Assembly (NCBI GenBank): GCA_004022145.1
Contig: RCNU01000002.1
Length of the DNA stretch: 64,000 bases
Strand: one strand, 5' to 3'
DNA from: Paecilomyces variotii
Taxonomy: Eukaryota
The stretch's first letter is position 1; the number at the start of each line of letters is the position of its first letter. Both the position numbers and the translations under genes were made by a program. Below, piece after piece: positions 47,258-59,956 of the stretch. The notes below the pieces were generated by a model. It was not told the DNA's origin. It was given only the letters and a program-made list of their open reading frames with translations, and did not search any database.

Positions 47258-48319
47258 ATGTCGTACCAGAAAGAGCTTCGTGTGGCCGAACTCGCGGTCC
47301 AGCGAGCGACACTCCTAACCCAAAAAGTCTTCCACGAGAAGGCCAAGGGTACTCTGTCCAAGGATGACAAGTCGCCAGTCACCAAAGGCGATTTCGGTGC
47401 GCAAGCCCTGATCATTCAGGCTATCCGCAAGAACTTCCCAGACGACGAGATCGTTGCTGAAGAGGAGGCCAGTGAATTGCGCCAGGACAAGGCCTTGAGT
47501 GCCGAGATCTGGGACCTGGTCAAGGACATCAAGTTGGAGGATGCTGAGAGCGACAGTCTGCTGGGCGGACCGTTGCCCAGCGAAGAGGCCATGCTGGATA
47601 TTATTGACCAGGGAAAGAGTGCAGGTGGACCGAAGGGCCGCATCTGGGCCTTGGACCCCATTGATGGCACCAAGGGTTTTCTGAGAGGAGGCCAGTATGC
47701 GGTCTGCCTCGGTCTCATCGAGGATGGAGACGTCAAGGTTGGAGCAATTGGCTGTCCCAATCTCCCCGTTGATGATACTGCGCCGCTTTCTGCCGATATT
47801 GGTGGACAGCAGACCGACGACTCCGGAAAGGGAGTCCTCTTTGCTGCTGTGAAGGGTGCCGGTGCAACCAGCCGACCACTATCAGACGGGGCTCTCTCTC
47901 CTAGCAAGCCCATTTCCATGAGGCCTGTCCCTGATATTTCGCACGCTGTCTTCTGTGAGGGAGTCGAAGCCGGACACTCCTCCCAGGGTGACAATGCTGC
48001 TGTGGCTCAGCGCCTGGGAATCACCTCACCGAGTGTGCGACTGGACTCGCAAGCGAAGTATTGCTCCATCGCCAGAGGAGCGGGAGATATCTATCTACGT
48101 CTGCCAGTCAGACAGGACTACCAGGAAAAAATTTGGGACCACGCAGCTGGGGACCTCATTGTCCGCGAGGCCGGTGGCAAGGTGACGGACATCCATGGCA
48201 AGCCCCTCGACTTCAGCAAAGGCAGGACCTTGGCTGTAAACAAAGGAGTCGTCGCCGCTCCAAAGGCCATTCAGGATCAAGTTATCGATGCAGTGCAGGT
48301 GGTCCTCAAGCTGAAATAG
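47258..48319 (+). CDS. MET22: 3'(2'),5'-bisphosphate nucleotidase (Met22/Hal2; inositol monophosphatase family)
   Basis: KDDKSPVT, AEE, WALDPIDGTKGFLRG, DSQAKY and EKIWDHAAG. An in-frame upstream ATG lies at 47078. Confidence 0.95.
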   Translation: MSYQKELRVAELAVQRATLLTQKVFHEKAKGTLSKDDKSPVTKGDFGAQALIIQAIRKNFPDDEIVAEEEASELRQDKALSAEIWDLVKDIKLEDAESDSLLGGPLPSEEAMLDIIDQGKSAGGPKGRIWALDPIDGTKGFLRGGQYAVCLGLIEDGDVKVGAIGCPNLPVDDTAPLSADIGGQQTDDSGKGVLFAAVKGAGATSRPLSDGALSPSKPISMRPVPDISHAVFCEGVEAGHSSQGDNAAVAQRLGITSPSVRLDSQAKYCSIARGAGDIYLRLPVRQDYQEKIWDHAAGDLIVREAGGKVTDIHGKPLDFSKGRTLAVNKGVVAAPKAIQDQVIDAVQVVLKLK

Positions 48320-48448
48320 ATTATCTCGGAGCGGTTACTTGGTCGATGGCGTGTAAATACCCTCTAAAAGTACATTGATACCAATGAACAGAAGAAAACC
48401 ATGCTTAGATAGATATACATGCGCCAGAAAATAGACAAAATAATAAGA

Positions 48449-49328
48449 TCATTTGATCTTCTTGGCCTTCAAGCGGATTGTCTCCCCATTCACGAAAATA
48501 CCCTTTCCCTTGTACGGTTCAGGCTTCCTCCAGGCTCTGATCTCTGCCGCAAACTGTGTAACAACTTCCTTGTCTACACCTTCCAGCAGAATGCGCGTCG
48601 GCTGCGGCGTACTGGCTTTCACGCCCTTCGGGATAGGCAATTCAATTGGGTGAGAGAATCCAACTTTGAGGGAGACGAATTGCTGGCCAGGGTATTCGGC
48701 AGTAACGGTTGTAGCTGTCGATTCAATGGAAGCTCTGTAACCCACACCAACCAAACTCAGAATGCAGACATGGCCTTCTGAGACACCGAGAATGTAGTTT
48801 TGCAAATGTGCTCGAATTGTCCCTATTCATTAAAGCTGTCAGAGCCGGGCACCGGAGCAATGCAGATTGGCAACGTACCCCACATAGCACGTTGATGAGC
48901 GATAGAAGGGTCTGCAACAGTAAGGGAAGCTTTCTTCTGTGCTTCGTCATGGGCAACATTGAGGAAGGTCGGAATCTTAAGAGTCATCTCGCCTGGCGTA
49001 GCATAACGCGTTAGTAACTGGAGAGCTCCGAGGACAGCATGAGCAGCATACCTAGCGGCCCCTTCACCTGGACTGCGGTCTTAGGGATATCCTTCGCTGA
49101 TCTTCCGCGAGTCTGCGCCTGCGGCAGATCAATAAAATTCAGGGACACATCTGGAGGTATCGATATCGGGGCACCGCCGACACGAGATTGCGCCGGAGAT
49201 GTTGTCGAGAAACATTGTGCCCGCAGCGGTTGTGAAAAGGCAGGAACGAGAAACGAGGGGACTGCATTGTTCCGGAGAGGGTCCCGCATCAGCTGCCTGA
49301 AGCAGCTCCGCGATACTGCGCACGACAT
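48449..49328 (-). CDS. MRPL6: Mitochondrial ribosomal protein uL6m
   Basis: Exons 49328-49052, 48992-48879 and 48822-48449. Presequence, VKGPLG, RAMWGT, GVGYRA, GFSHP and RKPEPYKGKGI. Confidence 0.95.
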
Positions 49329-49430
49329 GGCTGCTTATGTTGCCGGAAACACTTTTGTATTCCGATCTCGAATCTCGAATTTGTCCCCCGGGCCGGAGAT
49401 ATGATTGTCCAAATGCAGCTAGTGCCATGA

Positions 49431-49439
49431 TCACGTGAC
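49431..49439. promoter_or_regulatory. TCACGTGAC E-box between divergent MRPL6 and KAR5
   Basis: Palindromic TCACGTGA about 100 bp upstream of the MRPL6 ATG. Confidence 0.45.
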
Positions 49440-49842
49440 TATGTTCATACTGCCTTGCAATATCCTCACCACTGCTATTTTCAGCAATTGCCGTCTTCAA
49501 AATTGCTTTTCCGTGATTTTGTAGCGTGTGGTATAAGCTCATAATGTGAAGCAACCCTCACTAGTGTGAGTGCTGAGCAGCTGATAGCCGTCTCTCAACT
49601 GAGCTGTAATCCCGTACTCGTCTACACTCTCCTCCTGAAGACTCATCCTTGCTTCGCTCCCAGCGACCGTGGAGAGATTGTTCATTTGCTCATTTTTACT
49701 CATTCAAGAGCATATATCTTCTTCGTGGATTTCCTTGATACAGTGGATTATCCTGCCTTAGAGGACGGTTCAGTTGAGATACCTACTTGATTTGCATTTG
49801 ACTTAATTTCATTCTAGCCTCTTTGTCCAATTTCGCGTCGAC

Positions 49843-51685
49843 ATGCATCCCCGGAGGATTCCATTTCATTTCCATATTTCCATGCTGTTGTTATTTTTAA
49901 TTTCTCTTTTCTCGATTATCAGTAATGCGAAATCTAAAGGAGATGGTATGTGCTTGGTTATGGCAACCCTTTACCCGACGCTTCTCTTTCGACTTGTGCT
50001 GATTATTTAGTAACATCTTCTCCTAGTCCTAATAGATCTAACTACGACCTGGATCTGGTCGACTTTCTGCACGTGAAAACATCGGAACATGATAACGTAT
50101 TCAAAGGGGCAATTCAGCTATTAGAATCCATGCAATCATCCCCTTCCTGCAACCGGATTGCAGCATCTAAACTTCTCGCATCGTGCAAATCTATTGAGAA
50201 AAGCGCTTCAAATGAGAGGCAGCCTACACTCACATCATTAGACCGCGTGAAATCCGTATACGCAGCTAGGCTTGCTCTCTGCGAAATCGCCGAGGCAGGA
50301 GCCGCTATTCCCTCATCATGTTCACCGTTATATATCTCTTCGTCTCCCAAGAAGGCTGTGTCAGGATCGATATTTGGCCAGCAGTGGGCTACGCCCGATC
50401 AGTTAAATCCGAGTTCAATGGAATCGTTGGACTTATGTCTCCATGCACTGGAATCGCGACCGCAATGGTGGACCAGCTACAGTAATAGCAGACAGAACGC
50501 TGTGATGATATGCCAAGCAGCGAGATTTGACATCGAGAAAGAAGAAGTGCTGGAACTACATAGAAGGATAACAGAGAATACTCTACGGTTAAACAATGGG
50601 TTACAGGACGCTATTCAAAATGCAGCCGCCATGTCTGCTCAGCATAGAGCTTTCATCCTCGCAACAGAATCAATGCAGAGAGATCTTCTTCGCGATATAG
50701 AGGAAGCTGGAGCTTCAACTCTAAGTATATTTCCTAGACTCATCAATGGGATCGAAGCCGCGGTAGGTTCGACTATAACACGCATTATATCATCACTCGG
50801 AGGTGTGGAAAAGGACACAGCCAACTTGCAAAAGGTGAGGCGTGCAGTCATTGCAAAAAGGCAATATCTAAGTCGTACAGGATGTCCGGGACACTACTCA
50901 ACAAGTCAGCCATCTACGAGATGGTCTCCGCGTCACTTATGAGGAAGCTATAGCGAAAAGTGCTCAACTTGCTCGATCACATCAAATGAATGCAGAATCG
51001 AATCAAGAACTCGCGGTATCTATTCAGACTTCGCTAAAGTCTCTGTTGACTGAGGATGTGGTAAAGTTGTCGGAAAGTCTAGAAGGCTTTGGAGGTTCTA
51101 TGGTACGCGATGTTTTCTTTCGTCTAGACCGAGTATACTGATTATGCCTTTAGCAATGGCTTACGGAAGCTCTCTCTTTGATCTACCAGCAGGAGGAGTT
51201 GATCCTTGAGGTATGTTATCAACGCAGTTTACTAGCAGCCGGTTGACCTGTTTTAGCGACTTCAAAACTTTCAAGAATCACTGGCGGAATCTGAAATCAA
51301 GTCCGAAAATCTACGCAAAAGCCAGGAATTGCAGGCAGAATCTCTCAAAGACCAGACTAAAGCACAGGAAACACTCGGTGAAAATGTTCGAATCGCACAA
51401 GCCTTGCTTGATCGGGTCGTAACCACCGCTGCAAACCTTCAGGCTACTGTCGAAGAAACAGCGACTGGGTTTCAGGGCCTCCCTAGTTTTCCCGGCATGG
51501 TTGGAGTTTATTTTCCGTGGACTCTATGTTCACTTCTTGCTTCTGTGGTCGCTGCGCAGCATCCTAGAATCATTGCTGGTCTTCTCTTCCTCTCTTACGG
51601 GAAGTACAACCCGACCTCACTCTCTCAGAAAACTGGGCTAACTATTCAGGCAGGCGCTTTCTATATCTTCAGATTCATCAACTAG
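49843..51685 (+). CDS. KAR5: Nuclear membrane fusion protein Kar5/Tht1
   Basis: Exons 49843-49945, 50011-50834, 50881-51102, 51154-51210 and 51257-51685 (3' end uncertain). Signal peptide, Cys-rich domain (CNRIA..LLASC, AARLALCE, CLHALESRPQWWTSYS), coiled coil and C-terminal hydrophobic segments. Confidence 0.85.
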
Positions 51686-52869
51686 CATTCCAAGTTTATG
51701 TTCTTATTTAACGCCCTGATAACTCCCCTCATCCGCAGTAATTTCTGCCTTGTTCGATCGGCATTGGTAAATTCAGGCGATTCAGATTCTTTGTCAACGC
51801 CTTGTCTCTTTCTCCAAGTCTCAGTGGTCTCTTTTTTTTTTCCACTTGAAGCATGATGCCCATGTTGTTATCGGTTTGGCATTGTCTAACCGTGGTGGGG
51901 CTTTATCTCTGTTTTTATTTATTCTTTCCCTTCTGCCAACTATGCTACATGTTATTTGGAGCTTTGTATTCAAGCAGTTGTGATGAATACTTCCCGCTCA
52001 TCGATATCACTTAGATGATTAAAATTACAGTTATTATATGCTATCACTGTCACACAAAATAGATGGGATGAGCCCTCAATTACCATGCAGTATAATCAAC
52101 GTTCAATTTTTTGGATGTTTATTGATCCTGCAAATCATAGTGGCAGAAATTCCCTGACATAAGTAATGCGGAGACAGGCGGTGGCAGCCGGCAAAACCAG
52201 AGCATATTAACAAAGGATGGCAGAATATAGTAGCAGAAACCTTTAATATACATGTATAAGAGACGTTTTATGGCTATTTCTGGATTTCGGATGTACTGAA
52301 CAAAGATCTTGAAGAGCGAAACTATTACTTAGACGAAGCTATGGGCACACAGTGTCCGTGTTATTACCGCCGACTCCCAGACCGCCCTAGAGACTGTAGG
52401 CGCCACTCCACTTCCAGCCCTGCGGTTTTTGAAATACAGCTGTAATGCAAGGCATCTCCTTCCTCTGTTACTGCGTCATTCTTATCATGTCTTGGGCCCT
52501 GTAGGTGTCTACTAATTCTGTCTACAATTATTGACCTGGTGAAGAGCACTCTGGCTTTCCAACTAGAAAGCTGCTTGATGTACCGTCAGGCTCTCCACTC
52601 TCTTTAGCTGAACCCAGGCGCGCGAACCCCGCTGAAAGCGTTTATGCCCTTCCATCCCCGCTGCAGTGGGACTTAGTGAGCTTTCTACAAAGAAACAATA
52701 TCCCATTGATACCCAAAGTTGAAATCGCTTTCTGCTCTCGTTTCTACTAGTTCGCGCACTATCTCGTTGCTTAATCGCGTCAATAAGCGCTTCCTTCTCC
52801 GCGGTTCGGCGAAGATCCTACTGCATAACCGATTCGCAAATTCCGTCTGCGCAAATCACAATCTCCAAA

Positions 52870-54137
52870 ATGGACGACCACAATCCGGACATGGAAGTTG
52901 TCGATGAGTTCGCGCAGACGCGTGGCGCGGATGACCTTTTCGATGATGAGATTATACCAGTTTCTGCAGAAGAACAAGCGCAGACAGTTACGGTGGAAGA
53001 GGCGACGGAGGATAGACCCGCGAAGCGCGAAAGCGATATACAGGCAAAAGAAGGAACCTCTCCTCCGAGGTTCCGTGGCGGCGAAAGAGGAAGAGGCAGA
53101 GGGCGAGGGAGAGGTGGGCGTGGTGCCAAAGCATTTCACGATCGAGGTTCAGCGCGCGCGGAGACTCATGCAAAGAACAAACCGGGCGAGAAAGCGGCAG
53201 ATGGGTCTGGCAAGGAAATAGACGAGACAGCCGAAGGTACACAGGATGACAAGTCTGCCGAGGGAAAGGAGAAAGCTGAAAGCGAAGGATCTACTGGAAA
53301 GCCTTCAGATGGCCCCCGCGTTCAAGCTGTCCGGGGTGATAGAAGTGGCACAGGAGGAATCCGAAAGGTATGCCAGCCTTGCCCTATATTTCTTCTTCTT
53401 CTTTTGACTCGCCATTACTCACCTCTTTCCAGCCGAAATTGACGGAAGACGAACTTTCTGCACGCATTGCAGCTGCAAAATTGCATGCCGCCAAGATCGC
53501 CGCTGCCCACGCTCGCGCTGAAGCTGACCAAGCATCATTCCAAGAACGCGAGAAGGTTGCAGAAGAGAAAAGACGCCAGGAGTTCCAGAACCGCCGTGCG
53601 ATGGACAATGAACGTGAACGGAATAGGCTACGAAAACTTGGCGCTCAGACAGGTCGTGAATGGGATTCTACCAAGCGGGAAGAAGACTATAACCCTCGTG
53701 GAGGCGGCAGCCAGTATCGCAGAGGAATGCATGGTGGTGTTTCAGGATACACGCGGCATACCCACGAAAACGGCTCAGATAGCGGAGATAGCCACAGAGG
53801 CGGCCGCGGTCGTGGTGGCAGAGGTGGTCGTGGTCGAGGCCAGCGCGGTGGTAGAGGAGATCATTTGGCATCTAATGGTCACGACCACACTGCAACGACA
53901 ATAAACGCTACTACACCATCCGCACCGGTGATTAACAGTGACAACGAATTCCCAGCCCTCCCCGGCAGTTCAACAAAAGAGCAAGGTCCAGGGCCTACTA
54001 TCGTCACCGGTTCTACATCTCCCGGAGACGCCCTTTCGGGAGGAACCAAATCGCCATCAGCGCTCTCACCATTGACACCGTCTGGCGGCGGATCCTGGGC
54101 AGAGCAGGTCGAATCGAGTGGAGCAGCAAAGGCCTAA
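52870..54137 (+). CDS. Conserved-looking RGG/RG-rich protein, probably RNA-associated
   Basis: Exons 52870-53367 and 53433-54137. DDLFDDE, AVRGDRSGTGG, PKLTEDEL, REWD, two RGG boxes and EFPALP. Confidence 0.8.
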
Positions 54138-54944
54138 ACACGATTGACCGTTTCTTCGAGTTCCGTACTCTGTGAATGCGATGAGGGTTATCCCATGACA
54201 CCATTATACATGATATCCTTTTTGTTTTTGTTTTGTTTTCTTCTCTCTTGTGCGAGCATTGCTTGCATTGTTAATTTCTATACAAGAAGTTGTCGCTCTA
54301 GAGTGCTTATACTTTGACCTTGCTTGGGGGGGTTCTCCTTCCAGTTGTCCTTGGATTCTGCAACGCTTGTTTTTCCATTGCCATACTGTTTTACGCTCAC
54401 GAAGAAAACATGTGAATACGTATTGACGCTACTTCGATGTTCAAAGCTCGATGTTGACGATTCTGGGAATGATGTTGATGACTAAGCCAGCTGTACCAAT
54501 GGCAAACGAAGTGAACCAAGCTGTGTTCATGATGATCTCATAATGCATCCCTGCCAGGGTTATCATGTCTATCTTTCCGTAGAATAGAATAATATATAAA
54601 CTGGAAAAGTCCGTTTGATTTACGCTACTTGCTATACTTAAGGTAGCTGAAACTCCGGGTCTATTGCCGTTGACAGTGAACTATAAACCGCAGGTAAGGT
54701 CACCTTCCGCATTTATACACATGCTCCCGGACAACCACCAGAGCCACCTAGAATTAAATCGATTTATTTCCCCAAGGATAAATGACACGTCGATCAATTT
54801 CCAGTCAATGAATAACAATATCAAGAGTGACGCTAACATGATTCGTATCCATTCAACAGTGATTGAACCTGAGTTATATCTCTTCTTTACACAAAGTCTA
54901 TCTTTCAATAAACACAACATCAACGCTCGAAAAAAAAAAAAAAA

Positions 54945-55561
54945 ATGTCAAGCCCATACTCTAACGAAGGTGCTTCGAACCACCCCACTACAGGATCGCG
55001 CGGCGGTGCCAGCGCGATCCCTACTCCCGCCAACAATACCGGTGGCGGATCTGGCTGGGGCGACAAAGGTATGAAGAAAGGCGGCGGAGGCGGCGCAGGT
55101 GGAGTGAACCTTGGCGGCGAGGGTATCGGTCATCATCAGGTATGTGAATGTCTTGTTATGTTATATGCAATCCATGTTAGTGTCAATTCTGTCGAAGAGA
55201 GATGAAAAGCTAGTTAATACTTTCGATGGGATTGCGTAGACACCCAACCCAGCAGCGTCCTTCGGAAACTTCCTCGGACTCCAGGACCAGAAAGAGGCTG
55301 CTCACAATAACTTCGAGCAAAAATTTGAACACGCTGCTGGAATTGAGCCTCCGAGGACGTTGGATGGTGAACCGACCTGCGAGAGTGAGGACCATAGCTT
55401 CGCCAACCATAAGCCCGGATGTCCGGAGACCATGCCGGGGTGGAATAAGGTGAAGGACGCTTATAACAGGTGAGTTGTGAACTGCCGGGATAGTTTTGGA
55501 GTTGCTGGGTTAAACAAGGTGCTAATGATCTGTGTGATGTAGTGCTACCAAGAGCTTGTAG
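54945..55561 (+). CDS. Small Gly-rich hydrophilic protein, 147 aa, 3 exons
   Basis: Exons 54945-55139, 55240-55469 and 55543-55561 total 444 nt in frame. Donors GTATGT and GTGAGT, TAG acceptors. TATAAA at about 54682 and an A-run before the ATG. Confidence 0.7.
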
Positions 55562-55797
55562 ATGTGAAGGGGAGAGCGCAAAGGCCATGATGATACTTAT
55601 GATGACATTTGTCGAGGCTTGATTTTCTTTAATTGGAATTTTGACGTGAGGCGTAGTCTGGCGATATATTTTGATTTTATGTACAAATAATGATGTATGA
55701 TGGCTTGATAAATTGCATGTTAAAACATTTAATTGGGATTTCAAGTATTGTACATCTAGAATGTCTTAGCGTATGGGGCCTTTGTAGACCGTATTAT

Positions 55798-57698
55798 TTA
55801 TTCCACCTTGACAGCCTTTCCGCTCAGTTTATCTTTGAGAGCAATAATCTTCCCGCGAAGCCTCGACTTCAGTGTACCTGAAGTGAGTGCAGCCACCTCG
55901 TCTAGTGCCACGAAGCGACGAACCAACAAGTTGAATATGCTTCCAAATGCGAGGGCCATAACTGTACTTGTAAGAATGATGACATTATAGGGCATGCTGA
56001 AATCAGGGGTAGGCAGAGGAAGAAGGAGGCTAGTCGTGCGGATATATACTGGCGATCCGGTAGAATTGTCCTTGAGCTTAATCACCGCTGGGGCAACGTT
56101 GAAGCCACGATTGGCATCTGGCGGATACTCAGTATATCGAAGAATTGCCTTTTCAAAGTCGTAGATCAAAGTGACAGTCGAAGCGGCGGGAACACTTAAA
56201 GCGAGCTCTAGCTGAGTGCCTCTTTCTCTGTCAACGGCGGGTCGGTAGAAGATATCCTTGACGATCTCAGAGACTGGAACATGTCTTTGAATGCCATCTT
56301 TCCCTGCAATCTTCGCCTGGAGTGTGTGCAGATAGGGGCGCATAAACCAGGGAAGGCTTTCGAAATAAATGAAATCCACGGTCTCTGTTTCGGACGGATT
56401 GGTCAAGATGGTCCGCATACCGCCACGCTCCTGGCCGTGGCCGATTATCGTCCTTTCCACGTGCAGACGAGGTTGTTCCAGCGGCATCTTGGTCTGAAGT
56501 TCTTGTTCTGGAAGAACTAGGTCGAAAGGATTGGAGCTAAGCAAGGTATAACTCCGAGAAAACCCTTCGGGGTCCCTTGATTCAAATGCCCCTGCGGTGA
56601 TATAAACCTCCCTCTCATGCGGTGCGTTGATGCGAATCGTCTTTGAACCGGGACCCGAATCGTCTGTGAGAGGGCAAGCACCCTTCACATTTCGACCAAA
56701 TATTTCAGTCAGACTCCAACCCTTTTCCGTACCCTTTTCCAGCGGGTAACATGTATCTTGAGAATTGTACTGCTTGGAAGGATCGCAGGCAAGCTGTTCC
56801 ACAGGGACCGGACGAGGAATCGGATTGTCTTCAAAGGTTAGAACATTGAGCAAAATTAACGACAGGTAGATTCAGTATCTTACCTCGTGGTCGCTTCGAT
56901 CTATCAATGTCAAGAACCATGTCAACGGTCTGCTCAATCTCGATGAGACACTCGCTTTGATCCTTTGGACAGACGGGTCGCACGTCGATAGACATGCTCT
57001 GCCATGACGCATCGAATAGTTTGTGTCCATCGAGCAAACTCGATACACCTGCTTTGCCCTTACATGGGAGCAGCTTTAGGAACGGTGTAAGGTTCTCCGT
57101 ACATACTACCTCTCCGGGGAGCACCCCGTGTAAGAGGTGAAGCTGGCTGGAGGATTTATGATCACCGGCCTGCTCGAAAGAGACAACGGGTCGAGTTGTA
57201 CGTGTAGAATCAATGAAGTTCAATGACGCGCAGAACAAACCGGACAAGGACTGAGTCAACGTAATCCATTTCGCGAAGGCCCTGGTTCAAGTTAGCATCC
57301 TGACTCTCCTAACAAACAGTAGCTAGAGAATTGCCATACTTCTCCTCTGTCGGAGCATCTATCCATGCCCATATTTCCACTCCAGTTGCTCCTTCCTTCA
57401 CGCCATTCCACGGCCTTGTGCCCCAGCTCTCCGCGTCCCAGCGACCCGTTGTAAAGCGAAGATGGAGCTCTTCAGCGTTCGCATGCTGCAGGATCTGACC
57501 TAACGAGCGCGGGAAATATCGAAAATTTTGTTGCTTGAACGATTCGAGTGATGCATTGCTTCTGAAATTAAATGAGGCTAGCAGCGACGAGGAGGGAAGA
57601 GGCGTAAGCTCGAGCCGTTCATGGTAATCTGACGCCGCGGATATTGAACAGAACAGCGCCGCCAAAAGGATGCGGAGAAGGAAAGAAAGCGAAGTCAT
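55798..57698 (-). CDS. GPI16: GPI transamidase subunit Gpi16/PIG-T
   Basis: Exons 57698-57340, 57281-56884 and 56828-55798. LSGLFCASLNF, EVVCTENLTPFLKLLPC, EYPPDANRGF, LPTPDFSMPYNVI and a transmembrane segment. Confidence 0.96.
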
Positions 57699-58233
57699 AC
57701 CGGCATGCTTGGCAAAGGACAGACTCCTAGGCCAAGCAGCTGGTCTGCCACGGTATCTGGCAGCAAGGAAGAACTTGGTACTGTTTTCTATGAGCTCCAG
57801 GCCCTTTTTGTCCCTTTATGATGCTGCCATGTTGGAGATGCGCTACGGAGGCCGGGGTCGCAGTCCCGATCGGGTTTAGCCCAAACACTCCGCAAAATGC
57901 ACATAGTTGAGATCGACGCACGCTTTTACTGTACGAACTTCTTTCTTGATTTATTTTATACAATTACTCACACCAGAGATATAAGTGGAAAAAAATATTC
58001 AGAAGCCCATTACTTACTGTACTATGTATGAGCAACGGTGCCTGGGAGCGCATATTGCCTCTCCGCATGGATGTGATTGGTCCAGGAGCCGCAACCGCCA
58101 CTAGCGCCACTCCGCTCCATCTGTCGCATCAAAAAGAATCGCGAGGGAGCTCGAACAGCTCTAGCATCAGGCCACTACAGCTTGCGAAGGAGAGGAAACC
58201 CTTGCTTTCAGAGCGCCAGTAAATTTATTCAGG

Positions 58234-59223
58234 ATGGCGGCTGAACAAAGAAAACTGCTCGAGCAGCTTATGGGAGGTTAGTGTCCCCAAGTCCACCCTC
58301 GCGCAATCTGAAAGGCATCAACTGACAAGTCCGTAGCGGACCAGCTCATGGGCACAGGTGCTGGGTCCCGTAATTCTCAGCTCTCCATCACCGACCCGAA
58401 AGTCTGTCGGTCCTATCTCGTCGGAACCTGTCCGCACGATCAATTCACGAACACGAAGCAAGACCTTGGACCATGTCCTAAGGTTCACAGCGAAGGGTTG
58501 AAGGCCGAGTACGAGGCTGCGTCACCAAGTGAGAAGGCCAAGTGGGGGTTTGAATTCGACTACATGCGCGATATGCAGAAGTATATAGAGGAATGCGATC
58601 GCAGGATCGACACGGCTCAGAAGAGACTTGAAAAGACCCCAGACGAGATTCGACAGACGAACAACTTGGTAAGTCGCATAGTGCCCGCAGCAGAGCTGTA
58701 GATAAGGGAATAAAGCTAACAAGTTCTTTTTTGTTTCTGATTCTAGCTGAAACAAATATCTGATCTCACTAAGACCATCAACACCGGTCTTCTCGAGATT
58801 TCTGTCCTCGGTGAGACGGGCTCTGTCGCCATGGCCCTGAACGAACTCCACAAGATCCGCACTGCCAAACACCAGAAGGAAACGTTCGAGCGTGAACTCA
58901 AGACTCTCTCGGATACCTCTGGCCCATCCGGCCATCAGAAACTGCAGGTGTGTGATGTATGTGGAGCGTATCTGAGTCGACTGGATAACGATCGCCGTCT
59001 GGCGGATCATTTTTACGGAAAGATGCACATGGGATACTCCGATATGCGCAAGACATATAAGAAGCTCAGTGAGGAGCTCAAGGGCCGACCGCCGCCTGTT
59101 AGACACGATGAGGATGACGCAGGCTGGGGTGGACGTGGAGGTGGCAGAGGGCCTCGATATGGTGGAGGCGGCGGATATAGGGGGTACAACAAGCGTGGCG
59201 GAGGCGGTTATGGGCGGTGGTAA
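58234..59223 (+). CDS. LUC7: U1 snRNP subunit Luc7
   Basis: Exons 58234-58276, 58337-58668 and 58747-59223. Two zinc fingers (CRSYLVGTCPH..CPKVH and VCDVCGAYLS..HFYGKMH) and an RGG tail. Confidence 0.96.
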
Positions 59224-59956
59224 TCTTCGCGTTCTTACGGAGTTGTCTTTGCATAGCGTGGGCGTTCTGCGTGCCTTTTTTCTAGGTCTACTCGCCGTAT
59301 ATTATCTAAAACTACGACTTTGTTAATACGCATGAGTGATAGTGGATGTAGTGTAATGGGATCAGTTTCAATAGTGGATACTGAAAAATAACTTCTTCTT
59401 TTACTATACAATGTCTGCAGTTTAAACCGACTCGCCATTATGACTACTAAGGGCACCAGGGAGATGAAAGTCCTCATGCGAGGAAAGGCTGGATTCCATA
59501 TCATTAATACTCAGATGCACAGCAAGATAGTAATGACAACGCCATTCACCTTCCCACCCAGGTATGTACACCATGAGAGATACATCGCTGGCGGAGTGGA
59601 AATAGCCCCAGGAAATGTCCTGGGCTAGAAAACTCGGTCCACCTCAGCACAGGATGGAGGTTCGTAATTTTTGGTCGCAGAACCCGAGATACAAGAGATC
59701 AAATACAATAGCATAAACACTTCGAGGACCAGTTACCGAATTCAGTGGACGACCGGGCTTCATGAAGAAAGAAAATAGATCCAGGCTTTGGGTATGGAGT
59801 AGAATGCCCCCGTTAACAGAATATGAGAATCAAATAAGCAAAGAAATAACACAAAACCAGTTGGTATTCATGGTCCAGAGCAGAAACATAGTGTAAGAAG
59901 TGGGTGAACAGAAGTCGCAGGGCTACACGCAAAAGGACCAGATGAATGGATCCGCG

